Made by a program: the position numbers and the translations under genes. Source: an uncultured Acidobacteriota bacterium (GTDB taxonomy: Bacteria > Acidobacteriota > Terriglobia > Bryobacterales > Bryobacteraceae). From it: 36,412 nucleotides of DNA. The stretch spans positions 1-36,412 of the forward strand of contig CALFYN010001033.1 in NCBI GenBank assembly GCA_937952345.1. The letters are read 5' to 3'. Shown piece after piece: positions 25,814 to 34,157 of this stretch (its first letter is position 1; every line of letters starts with the position of its first letter). The notes under the pieces were generated by a model. It searched no databases. It saw only the letters and a program-made list of their open reading frames with translations, and was not told where the DNA came from.

Positions 25814-25947
25814 CTCCTAGGAGACACACAAATACTTCATTCTCATAGGGGTTGACAACCCACGGAGAGCGATGGAAAAGTACGACGCCCGTACCACCCT
25901 CAGACTACGCCGAAACCCGTGAGAAGTCCACAGGTATTTCTCCTAGG
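25814..25947. repeat. Interrupted inverted repeat built on CTCCTAGG, flanking the pseudo-receiver leader
   Basis: Left arm: CCTAGGAG (25816-25823), a 6-nt bulge, then AAATAC (25830-25835). Right arm: GTATTTCTCCTAGG (25934-25947), the exact reverse complement of the joined left arms. The left copy is also a 10-bp palindrome, CTCCTAGGAG (25814-25823), overlapping the GGAGG Shine-Dalgarno of the minus-strand gene. Confidence 0.6.
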
Positions 25948-25968
25948 TGTTATCGATCAAAAAAGAGC

Positions 25969-25996
25969 TTGCGCACCTCAAAATCGTACGTATAAT
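25969..25996 (+). promoter_or_regulatory. Sigma-70-like promoter of the TetR/efflux operon (TTGCGC-16 nt-TATAAT)
   Basis: TTGCGC at 25969-25974 and a perfect TATAAT at 25991-25996, in the AT-richer intergenic region about 37 nt upstream of ATG 26033. Confidence 0.55.
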
Positions 25997-26005
25997 TAAA
26001 ACATA

Positions 26006-26024
26006 CGTTTGATTCAATCAAACG
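26006..26024. promoter_or_regulatory. Perfect 19-bp palindrome, probable TetR operator
   Basis: CGTTTGATT-C-AATCAAACG (9-bp arms, 1-nt centre). It lies immediately downstream of the -10 box and 9 nt before the TetR ATG. Confidence 0.6.
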
Positions 26025-26032
26025 AACAATCC

Positions 26033-26683
26033 ATGAAACCTCTCACTCCCTCGCTCGACACAAAGGTTCGAATCCTCGACGCCGCAGAGCGCATTTTCGC
26101 CGACCGCGGGTTCGACGCCACCTCGTTGCGCATGATCACGACGGAAGCCAATGTCAATCTAGCCGCCGTGAACTACCACTTTCAATCGAAGGAGGCACTA
26201 CTTCATGCCGTATACGCGCGGCGGGCCGGGCCAGTGAATGCACGTAGGTTGGAGTTGCTGAATACCTATGAGGGCGCAGAGGATGAGCTGCAGGTCGAGT
26301 CGATTCTGGACGCGTTCGTTCGTCCAATGGTGGATGACGCCGAAGCCTGTGTGTTTATCCCTCGGCTGATGATCCGGCTGCTGTATTTGGACGCAAAGGA
26401 GACTTCTCGCAGCGTGTTCCAGGCGCAGTTTCAGCCAGTGGTGCAGCGCTTTCATGAAGCCTTCAGGCGAGCCCTACCACATTTGTCGGAAAAGGAGCTA
26501 TTCATGCGCATCCAGTTCTTTCTTGGGGCGCTAGCCAACGCCATGGCGGCAAGCCGCAACCTTTATGCGCTATCGCGGGAGGAGTTGGCACAAACGCCGC
26601 TGGACACCATGCGAGGCCTGATCCAGTTTGCGGCTGCGGGAATGAAGGCTCCCGCACTGGAGGAGACCCCATGTGGTTCGTAG
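26033..26683 (+). CDS. TetR/AcrR-family transcriptional repressor (YbiH/CecR-like position)
   Basis: N-terminal HTH RILDAAERIFADRGFDATSLRMITTEANVNLAAVNYHFQSKEALL. It is the first gene of the efflux operon. ATG 26033 is preferred over TTG 26009, which lies inside the palindrome. Confidence 0.9.
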   Translation: MKPLTPSLDTKVRILDAAERIFADRGFDATSLRMITTEANVNLAAVNYHFQSKEALLHAVYARRAGPVNARRLELLNTYEGAEDELQVESILDAFVRPMVDDAEACVFIPRLMIRLLYLDAKETSRSVFQAQFQPVVQRFHEAFRRALPHLSEKELFMRIQFFLGALANAMAASRNLYALSREELAQTPLDTMRGLIQFAAAGMKAPALEETPCGS

Positions 26684-27987
26684 GACTGCTGGGTGTGGCG
26701 GTCGTTCTCCAAGCACAGGATCCGCCGGCACTCCCCTTAACATTGCGCAAGTCCTTGGAGATTGCCTTGGCAACGGATGGGAATGCGCGGGTCGAAATGG
26801 CACAGGAGGGAATTCTTCAAGCTGAAGCCCGGAAGAATCAGGCAAGAGCGGCACTGCTGCCACATGTTGACGGGTCGGTATCCTACCAAAGTCTGACGCG
26901 AAACTTGCGGGCGTTCGGTATCGAGTTTCCAGCCATCCCAGGTTTGGCGTTTTCGACATTCGCGGGACCGTTCACGATTTTCGACGCGCGGGCCAATGCC
27001 ACGCAGTCTCTTGTCGATCTCGGATCCGTTCGCCGGTATCAAGCTGCAAAAGCCGCAACCGAGGTCAGCAAATTGGATAGAGACCATACCAGACTTCAAG
27101 TGATGGACTTCGTGGCACGTGCGTACCTCGGCGCGCTGCGTGCGGAGGCACATCTGGAATCAGCGAAGGCAAATCTGGAACTGGCGCAGGCGATTGAGCG
27201 GCTGTCGGATTCGCAACGGAAGGCCGGAACCGGTACCCGGATTGAAGTAACGCGCGCGCAGGTACAGGTAGCCGCCGAAAAGGGCAGGCTGATAGTGGCG
27301 GAGGCGGAGCGCAACCGCACCCACCTTCAGTTGTTGCGGGCGATGGACTTGAAGCTGGAAGCGCGTCTCGAGTTGACGGATAGGCTTCAGTACTCGGCAC
27401 CGCAGCCAATAAGTCTGGAGCTGGCAACGGAGATGGCATTAGAGCGTCGCGCGGATTACCGGGCGCAGCGCCAGCGCGAGCAAGCGGCTCGAATGACCTA
27501 CCAATCCGTGTCGATGGAGCGTGTTCCCACAGTCGCTTTATTTGCCGATTACGGGGCGATTGGGGGTGGAATCAACGATTCACGGGCAACGCGGACAGTA
27601 GGAGTGAGCATGCGGGTTCCTATTTTCGACGGAGGTCGTCGTGAGGCGCGGCGGGCCGAATCGGGATCGCAACTTCGCCTGGAGGCAATTCGCACACGCG
27701 ATCTGCGGCAGCAACTGGATCTGGAACTGCGAGTGGCATTCGATAGTCTACGTTCGGCGGAGGCTCAGGTGCAAAGTGCAACCGAGGGTCTTGACTTGGC
27801 ACAGCGCGAGTTAGAACAGGCCGAGCGCCGGTATAAGGCCGGGGTAGCAAACAGTCTGGAGATCACGGACGCGCAAACGCGTCTCACACGGGCGCGGGAG
27901 ACCCGCGTTAATGCTTTGTTCGCGCACAACTTGGCCAGACTCGATTTGGGCACGGCACTGGGCGCAGTGGAAAGGTACTTGCCATGA
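26671..27987 (+). CDS. TolC-family outer membrane efflux protein
   Basis: 438 aa with signal-like MWFVGLLGVAVVLQAQ. It has two tandem repeat halves with the TolC pattern (LTLRKSLEIAL, VTRAQVQVAAEKGRLI, ITDAQTRLTRARE). Confidence 0.88.
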   Translation: MWFVGLLGVAVVLQAQDPPALPLTLRKSLEIALATDGNARVEMAQEGILQAEARKNQARAALLPHVDGSVSYQSLTRNLRAFGIEFPAIPGLAFSTFAGPFTIFDARANATQSLVDLGSVRRYQAAKAATEVSKLDRDHTRLQVMDFVARAYLGALRAEAHLESAKANLELAQAIERLSDSQRKAGTGTRIEVTRAQVQVAAEKGRLIVAEAERNRTHLQLLRAMDLKLEARLELTDRLQYSAPQPISLELATEMALERRADYRAQRQREQAARMTYQSVSMERVPTVALFADYGAIGGGINDSRATRTVGVSMRVPIFDGGRREARRAESGSQLRLEAIRTRDLRQQLDLELRVAFDSLRSAEAQVQSATEGLDLAQRELEQAERRYKAGVANSLEITDAQTRLTRARETRVNALFAHNLARLDLGTALGAVERYLP

Positions 27988-29159
27988 AGAAAACAACTCG
28001 CATTGTCATACTGTTGCTGGTGCTGATGGCCCTCGGATCAGTGCTGTTTCGGGCGCGTCTTTTTGAGAAGAGCGAGACGAACGTGATCCGGCTTTCTGGG
28101 AACATCGAGATGACGGAGGTGGATATCGCGTTCAAGTCACCGGGGCGCATTGTGGAATTGAATGTGAAAGAGGGTGCGAGGGTGGCGAGGAATGCGGTGG
28201 TGGCTCGCATTGACCGGCAGATGATGGAGGGGCAGAAGGCGCGGGAACTCGCGACGGTAGATGCGGCGACCGCTCAACTGGCGCAGATGAGAACGGCGAT
28301 TGAGTTCCAGCGGCAGTCGATTGTAGGAGACTTGGCGTTGCGGCAAGCTGAGTTGCGGGCAGCGGAGGCAAGACTGGCGGAACTGATGGCCGGCTCGCGC
28401 ACGCAGGAGATTGCCACGGCCAAGGCGCAGTTGGCGGACATGAAAACCTGGTCTGACCAGTCGAAGCGTGATTGGGAACGTGCACAGACTCTCTTTAGCA
28501 ACGAGGATATTTCTGCGGCGCAGTATGAGCAATTCCGGGCAAAGAACGAGAGCACGGCACAGGCGGCTCGGCAGGCGGAAGAGCGGCTGGCGCTGCTCGA
28601 GGAAGGACCGCGGAAGGAAACCATCGAGCAGGCGCGAGCACAGGTAGAGCGGGCCAAGGCGGCCATCCGATTGGCGGAAACCAACCGGCTCGAGTTGAAG
28701 AGGCGCGAACAGGAACTAGCCGTGCGGCGGGCCGAGATCGGGCGGGCGAAAGCGGGGGTTGCCATCATCGATGCGCAGTTGGAGGATACGGTGGTGGCTT
28801 CGCCGATTGACGGCGTGGTGATGGTGAAATCAGCGGAGGCTGGGGAAATTGTGGCGGCCGGAGCGATTGTGGCCAAGATCGGCGACTTGCGGCATCCCTG
28901 GCTCCGAGCCTACATCGGAGAGCGCGAACTGGGGCGGATCAAGATCGGCACCGAGGTGAAACTGACGACGGACTCCTTTCCGGGAAAGGTGTATCGCGGT
29001 AGGATTTCGTTCATTGCGAGTGAAGCAGAGTTCACGCCGAAGCAGATTCAAACCCAAGATGAACGAGTGAAGCTGGTTTACCGCATCAAGGTGGATGTAG
29101 ACAATCCGGAGCAGGAATTAAAGGCGAACATGCCGGTGGACGCGGAAATTATTCTATGA
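27984..29159 (+). CDS. HlyD-family periplasmic adaptor (YbhG-like)
   Basis: ATGA overlap with the TolC stop. N-terminal anchor, a long Ala/Glu/Arg coiled coil, and a beta-barrel end (VVASPIDGVVMV, FTPKQIQTQDERVKLVYRIKV). Confidence 0.9.
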   Translation: MKKTTRIVILLLVLMALGSVLFRARLFEKSETNVIRLSGNIEMTEVDIAFKSPGRIVELNVKEGARVARNAVVARIDRQMMEGQKARELATVDAATAQLAQMRTAIEFQRQSIVGDLALRQAELRAAEARLAELMAGSRTQEIATAKAQLADMKTWSDQSKRDWERAQTLFSNEDISAAQYEQFRAKNESTAQAARQAEERLALLEEGPRKETIEQARAQVERAKAAIRLAETNRLELKRREQELAVRRAEIGRAKAGVAIIDAQLEDTVVASPIDGVVMVKSAEAGEIVAAGAIVAKIGDLRHPWLRAYIGERELGRIKIGTEVKLTTDSFPGKVYRGRISFIASEAEFTPKQIQTQDERVKLVYRIKVDVDNPEQELKANMPVDAEIIL

Positions 29160-30067
29160 CGCCGATGATAGAGGTTCAGAACCTGAGGAAAGAGTTTCCG
29201 CCGATATCGGCGGTGGACGGGCTGTCGCTGACGGTGGGGAAGGGAGAGATTTTCGGAATTGTCGGACCGGATGGCGCAGGCAAGACGACGACGCTGCGGA
29301 TTGTGTGCGGACTGATGAATCCGACGTCGGGCACCGTGCACGTGACGGGGCTGGATGTGACGAGGGAGACGGAGGCGGTGAAGGATCGCATCGGGTACAT
29401 GGCGCAGAAATTCGGACTGTATCCGGATCTCACGGTGCAGGAGAACATGCTGTTCTACGCCGACTTGTTCGGGATTGCTACTGAAGAGCGCAACCGGGTG
29501 GCGGTGTCACTGCTGGAGATGACGCGGATGCTGCCCTTCCGCGATCGGTACGCGGGAAAGCTTTCGGGAGGTATGAAACAAAAGCTGGCGCTGATGTGTA
29601 CACTGCTGCACCGGCCGGAAGTGCTGATTCTCGACGAGCCGACAAATGGTGTGGATCCTGTGTCGCGGCGCGATTTCTGGAAGATTCTGCGGAAGCTGGT
29701 GGCGGACGGGCTGACAGTGTTCGTCACCACAGCATATCTGGATGAAGCAGACTTGTGCGATCGTGTGGGATTGATGAACGCGGGCCGGCTGATTCTGCTG
29801 GATACTCCGAAAGCACTGAAGGAATCACTGCCGGAAACCTGCTACGAACTGCGGGCAACCGATGTTCGGGCGATCCGGGAGGCGCTGCGCGGGAAGCCGG
29901 AAGTCGCGGATGTGGAGTTGGCGGGCAGCGCGCTGCACGTGTTCCTGAAGCCGGGAGCTTCGGACGAAGTGCTGCGCCAAACAAAAGCGGAATACCGGCG
30001 GATCATGCCTTCGCTCGAAGATGTGTTCATCGCAACCGTGGGCAAGGAGCCTTCCCGTGCCGCGTGA
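29156..30067 (+). CDS. ABC transporter ATP-binding protein (first of two)
   Basis: Walker A GPDGAGKTT, signature LSGGMKQK, Walker B LILDEPT. ATGA overlap with the adaptor stop. Confidence 0.93.
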   Translation: MTPMIEVQNLRKEFPPISAVDGLSLTVGKGEIFGIVGPDGAGKTTTLRIVCGLMNPTSGTVHVTGLDVTRETEAVKDRIGYMAQKFGLYPDLTVQENMLFYADLFGIATEERNRVAVSLLEMTRMLPFRDRYAGKLSGGMKQKLALMCTLLHRPEVLILDEPTNGVDPVSRRDFWKILRKLVADGLTVFVTTAYLDEADLCDRVGLMNAGRLILLDTPKALKESLPETCYELRATDVRAIREALRGKPEVADVELAGSALHVFLKPGASDEVLRQTKAEYRRIMPSLEDVFIATVGKEPSRAA

Positions 30068-30818
30068 AATCGCCGTTACGGTAGTCCATCTCACCAAGCA
30101 ATTCGGGGACTTCCTCGCAGTCAACGATGTCTCGCTCGATGTAAAAAAGGGGGAAATTTTTGGCTTTCTTGGGCCGAATGGAGCGGGGAAGTCGACGACG
30201 ATCCGGATTCTGTGTGGGTTGCTGGCACCGAGTGCGGGGCAGGCCAGCGTGGCAGGGTATCAGGTGGCTACTGAGCCCGAGCGTGTAAAGCAAAACATCG
30301 GGTATATGTCGCAGAAATTTTCGCTCTACGACGACTTGAGCGTTGTGGAGAATCTGGAATTCTTCAGCGGAATTTACGGGGTTCCCGCAGAAAAGAGGCA
30401 GGCGCGGATCGAGTACGCGCTGGAGATGGCTGGGCTGAAAGGACGGCGCGGCGCAATGACGCGGCTATTGGCGGGAGGCTGGAAACAGCGGCTGGCGCTG
30501 GGGTGCGCCATTCTGCATGAGCCGCCAGTAATTTTTCTCGATGAGCCGACGAGTGGCGTGGATCCGATTGCGCGGCGGGCCTTTTGGGACTTGATCAATG
30601 ATCTATCGGAGGCAGGGCAGACGGTATTTGTCTCGACGCATTACATGGAAGAGGCTGAGTATTGTCACCGGCTGGCTTTGATGTACAGGGGAAGCATAAT
30701 CGCATTGGGTGCGCCGGCGGAATTGCGTGACGGCGTGCGAAGCGCGGCATTGCCGGAACCCACGATGGAAGATGTGTTCGTTTCGCTGATTGAGCGTGAG
30801 GAGGCGCTAGCCAAGTGA
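30057..30818 (+). CDS. ABC transporter ATP-binding protein (second of two)
   Basis: Walker A GPNGAGKST, signature-like LAGGWKQR, Walker B IFLDEPT. GTG 30057 gives an 11-nt overlap and is preferred over ATG 30021, which gives a 47-nt overlap. Confidence 0.88.
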   Translation: MPREIAVTVVHLTKQFGDFLAVNDVSLDVKKGEIFGFLGPNGAGKSTTIRILCGLLAPSAGQASVAGYQVATEPERVKQNIGYMSQKFSLYDDLSVVENLEFFSGIYGVPAEKRQARIEYALEMAGLKGRRGAMTRLLAGGWKQRLALGCAILHEPPVIFLDEPTSGVDPIARRAFWDLINDLSEAGQTVFVSTHYMEEAEYCHRLALMYRGSIIALGAPAELRDGVRSAALPEPTMEDVFVSLIEREEALAK

Positions 30819-31951
30819 TCTCTCTGCGGCGGACGCGCGCCATGGCGCGCAAAGAAATCACGCACATTCTCCGCGACCCTCTGAGCCTGGGACTCTCTTT
30901 GGCGTTGCCGATGCTCTTGCTGGTGCTGTTCGGATACGCACTTTCGCTGGATGTCGATCAGATTCCGATCCTGATTCAGGACTCCGACCGCACGCCCCAG
31001 AGTCAGGCGCTAATCGACCGGTTTCGCGGATCGGTGCTGTTTTCCGTCAACGGATACATCGATTCGTATGGGCAGGCGGAGGCTCCACTACTGCGCAGCG
31101 ACGTGATGGGTGTACTGACGATTCAGCGTGGGTTTGGAGAAGATCTGGCGCGGGCACGGCAGGCGTCTGTGCAATTGCTGCTTGATGGAAGCGATTCCAA
31201 TACGGCGAGTATTGCGCTGGGCTACGCGCGGGCCTTGATTTCCGGCTATTCGAATGAAGTGAGTACGGAGTACCAATTGCGCAGCGGCACCGGCGAGTTG
31301 AAAGCACCTGTGGATCCGCAACTGCGAGTGATGTTCAACTCCGAATTGCGTTCCCGGAACTATATTGTTCCGGGGCTGATTGCTGTGATCATTATGATGA
31401 TTGCGGCGATGGTGACCTCGCTGTCCATCGCGAGGGAGTGGGAGAATGGCACGATGGAGGAATTGCTCTCCACTCCCGTGCGCCCGTCTGAATTGGTATT
31501 GGGGAAGCTGTCGGCATATTTTCTGCTGGGCGCGGTAGATATGCTTACGGCGGTGCTCGCGGGAGTGTTCATTTTCGGCGTGCCATTGCGGGGGAGCGTA
31601 TGGGTGCTGATGCTGAGCGGCGGGGTGTTTCTGTTCGGCGCGCTGTGCTGGGGGCTGTTACTGAGCGCGATTACGCGGAATCAACTGATGTCGTTTCAGA
31701 TGGGCCTGCTGAGCAGCTTTCTTCCGGCGTTTCTGCTGTCAGGCTTCATTTATTCCATCGACAATATGCCGCTGTTGCCTCGAATCATAAGCACGGTGGT
31801 TCCAGCGCGCTACTTTGTGGCGTTGTCGAAGGGAGTCTTTCTCAAGGGAGTGGGACTGGAGATTCTGGGGTGGGAACTTGTGTTCCTGCTGATTTACGCG
31901 GCCATCGTATTCGCGTTGGTGACTCGCAAGCTGCGGGAGAAGATCGCATGA
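30815..31951 (+). CDS. ABC-2-type transporter permease (YbhS/YbhR-like)
   Basis: GTGA overlap with the upstream stop. An N-terminal TM segment, a large loop, then five C-terminal TM segments. Block EWENGTMEELLSTPV. Confidence 0.88.
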   Translation: MISLRRTRAMARKEITHILRDPLSLGLSLALPMLLLVLFGYALSLDVDQIPILIQDSDRTPQSQALIDRFRGSVLFSVNGYIDSYGQAEAPLLRSDVMGVLTIQRGFGEDLARARQASVQLLLDGSDSNTASIALGYARALISGYSNEVSTEYQLRSGTGELKAPVDPQLRVMFNSELRSRNYIVPGLIAVIIMMIAAMVTSLSIAREWENGTMEELLSTPVRPSELVLGKLSAYFLLGAVDMLTAVLAGVFIFGVPLRGSVWVLMLSGGVFLFGALCWGLLLSAITRNQLMSFQMGLLSSFLPAFLLSGFIYSIDNMPLLPRIISTVVPARYFVALSKGVFLKGVGLEILGWELVFLLIYAAIVFALVTRKLREKIA

Positions 31952-33099
31952 ACTGGCAACGGACGAAGGAAATCATCCGCAAGGAATTCCGACAGAGCTT
32001 CCGTGAACCTCGGACACGGGCCACAATGATTGTGCCGCCCATCCTGCAGTTTCTGATCTTCGGCTTTGTCGTAAACCTGGACGTCGAGCGTTCGCGGTTG
32101 GCGGTGCTCGACCAGGACCACTCGCCGGCGAGCCGGGAGTTGCGAGCTGCGTTTGAAGGTTCGAAGTACTTCATGGTGACTGGCATTCCGGCGAACGAGG
32201 TACAGATGCAAGCGATGCTTGATCGGGACCATGTGCATTCGGCGCTGGTGATTCCGCGGGGGTTCGGGCGTGATTTGGCGCGCGGGCGGGCGACGAAGAT
32301 CCAGATGCTGGTCGAGGGATCGAATTCGAATACGGCATCGATTCTCTCGCAATACAGTGCGGATATCGTCCGCGGGTTCTCAAGCGGCCGTATGGTGAAC
32401 CTAGTGAACCAGAAACGAATGGCGCGCGGTGGGGCGATTGCGAAACTGAGTGCCCCGGGCGTCGATCTGGAGCATCGCGTGTGGTTCAATCCGGAATTGA
32501 AGAGCCGCAACTACTTCATTCCGGGCGTTGCGGTGAATATCATCACGATCGTGACACTGATGCTGACGGCGATGGCGATTGTGCGGGAGAAGGAGATCGG
32601 CACGATGGAACAATTGATGGTAACGCCGATCCGGCCTGTGGAATTGATGCTGGGCAAGACGCTGCCGTTCGCGGTGGTCGGGCTGTTTGATCTGGCGATG
32701 ATTATCGTGCTCGGGATGGTTGTGTTTCACATTCCGTTTCAGGGAAGCGTGCTGCTGATGCTAGGCGGGGCGATCTGCTTCTTGTTCACGACGCTCGGCG
32801 CGGGAATATTTATCTCGACAGTGTCGCGCACACAGCAGCAGGCGATCATGGCGACATTCTTCTTTTTCCAGCCGGCGTTCATGCTGAGCGGCTTTGCGTT
32901 TCCCATTCGCAACATGCCGGAGCCTGTGCAGTGGTTGACGTATCTGAATCCGTTGCGGTATTTCATTGAGATCTCCCGCGGCGTGTTTCTGAAAGGGAGC
33001 GGCATCGATGTGCTGTGGACACAGTTTGCAGCGCTGGTGCTGTTCGGCGTGGCTGTAATGACAATGAGTGCGCTGCGGTTTCGAAAGAGGTTGGATTGA
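31948..33099 (+). CDS. ABC-2-type transporter permease (YbhS/YbhR-like paralogue)
   Basis: ATGA overlap with the upstream stop. Same topology, and EKEIGTMEQLMVTPI is paralogous to the previous gene. The tracked 5' extension to 31600 is rejected. Confidence 0.88.
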   Translation: MNWQRTKEIIRKEFRQSFREPRTRATMIVPPILQFLIFGFVVNLDVERSRLAVLDQDHSPASRELRAAFEGSKYFMVTGIPANEVQMQAMLDRDHVHSALVIPRGFGRDLARGRATKIQMLVEGSNSNTASILSQYSADIVRGFSSGRMVNLVNQKRMARGGAIAKLSAPGVDLEHRVWFNPELKSRNYFIPGVAVNIITIVTLMLTAMAIVREKEIGTMEQLMVTPIRPVELMLGKTLPFAVVGLFDLAMIIVLGMVVFHIPFQGSVLLMLGGAICFLFTTLGAGIFISTVSRTQQQAIMATFFFFQPAFMLSGFAFPIRNMPEPVQWLTYLNPLRYFIEISRGVFLKGSGIDVLWTQFAALVLFGVAVMTMSALRFRKRLD

Positions 33100-34157
33100 G
33101 ACTGATTGCTGCGATGTTGCTTTCTGGCGTCTGCCTGGCGGCGGACTTTTGGCAGGTGGACTTGTGGAAGCAGGGGGATGGCGGGGTACATACGTATCGC
33201 ATCCCGGCGTTGGTGGAAACACGCAATGGGACGTTGCTAGCCGTTGCCGATGCGCGGTATGACAGCAGCCGGGATCTGCCGGGGCGCATCGCGCTGGTGA
33301 TGCGGACGAGCCGTGATGGCGGCAAGAACTGGAGTCCGTCGCGGGTGATACGGCGGGAGGCGACGGGCGGGGCCGGCGATGCGTCCCTACTGCTCGATCG
33401 CAAGACGGGGCGCGTGTGGTGCTTCTATGCTTACGGACCACCGGGGATCGGATTTCCCACGGCCAATCCAGGGGCGGTTACGGGTTCCACTACGTTGCAG
33501 GTGCATGCGATGTATTCCGATGACGAAGGCACCACCTGGTCCGCCCCGGTGGATCTGACACCGCAAATCAAGGATCCAGCATGGGAAGCCATGTTCCCGA
33601 CATCCGGCACTCATTTCCAGACTTCGAAGGGGCGATACCTGGTTCCGATGGTGGTTCGGCACGCGGACAAGATTGTGCGCTCGCACAATGCCTATAGCGA
33701 CGATGCTGGAAAGACATGGCGGATCGGACCCGGCATAGGCGATGGGACTGATGAGAGCAAAGCGGTGGAACTCACGGACGGAACGGTTCTACAGAACATG
33801 CGGAACGGGACGCGGCGGGCGATTGCTCGATCGACAGATGGCGGAGTGACATTTTCACCTGTCACGCACGATGAGGCCCTGATCGATCCCACCTGCAACG
33901 CGGGGATCGCCCGAGCGGGAAAGTGGCTGGTATTTGCAAATGCCGCGAGCACTAGGCGGGAGAAGCTGACGGTGAAAATCAGCCATGACGAGGGCATGAC
34001 ATGGCCGCGAGCCAAGGTGCTGCACGAAGGGCCGGCGGCCTACTCGACTGTGGTTGCGCTGCGGGATGGCAACATCGGCGTTCTCTATGAACGGGGAAAC
34101 AGCGGCGCGGCGGAGCGGATTACGTTCGCGCGGTTTACAGTGAATTGGCTGCGATGA
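33096..34157 (+). CDS. Secreted exo-alpha-sialidase (GH33, BNR/Asp-box beta-propeller)
   Basis: YRIP motif (HTYRIPALV). Five Asp-boxes: SRDGGKNW, SDDEGTTW, SDDAGKTW, STDGGVTF, SHDEGMTW. TTG 33096 gives the signal peptide MRLIAAMLLSGVCLAA and shares TTGA with the permease stop. The alternative start is ATG 33114. Confidence 0.9.
   Translation: MRLIAAMLLSGVCLAADFWQVDLWKQGDGGVHTYRIPALVETRNGTLLAVADARYDSSRDLPGRIALVMRTSRDGGKNWSPSRVIRREATGGAGDASLLLDRKTGRVWCFYAYGPPGIGFPTANPGAVTGSTTLQVHAMYSDDEGTTWSAPVDLTPQIKDPAWEAMFPTSGTHFQTSKGRYLVPMVVRHADKIVRSHNAYSDDAGKTWRIGPGIGDGTDESKAVELTDGTVLQNMRNGTRRAIARSTDGGVTFSPVTHDEALIDPTCNAGIARAGKWLVFANAASTRREKLTVKISHDEGMTWPRAKVLHEGPAAYSTVVALRDGNIGVLYERGNSGAAERITFARFTVNWLR

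Noticed and set aside
25852-25857. A perfect TTGACA hexamer lies in the pseudo-receiver/TetR intergenic region.
   Set aside because: No acceptable -10 element follows at 16-18 nt on the plus strand (GAAAAG), and there is no nearby downstream gene start. It also forms part of a small hairpin (GGGTT-GTC-AACCC).
26009-26032. A TTG start at 26009 is proposed for the TetR gene.
   Set aside because: It lies inside the operator palindrome, about 13 nt from the -10 box. ATG 26033 gives the usual short TetR N-terminus. A near-leaderless TTG start cannot be fully excluded.
28274-28876. A 200-aa Ala/Ser-rich minus-strand ORF lies opposite the HlyD adaptor.
   Set aside because: It is the antisense reading of the Ala/Glu/Arg coiled-coil codons. 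No independent signals support it.
32739-33441. Minus-strand ORFs of 150-226 aa span the permease/sialidase junction.
   Set aside because: They are shadow ORFs across two well-supported plus-strand genes.
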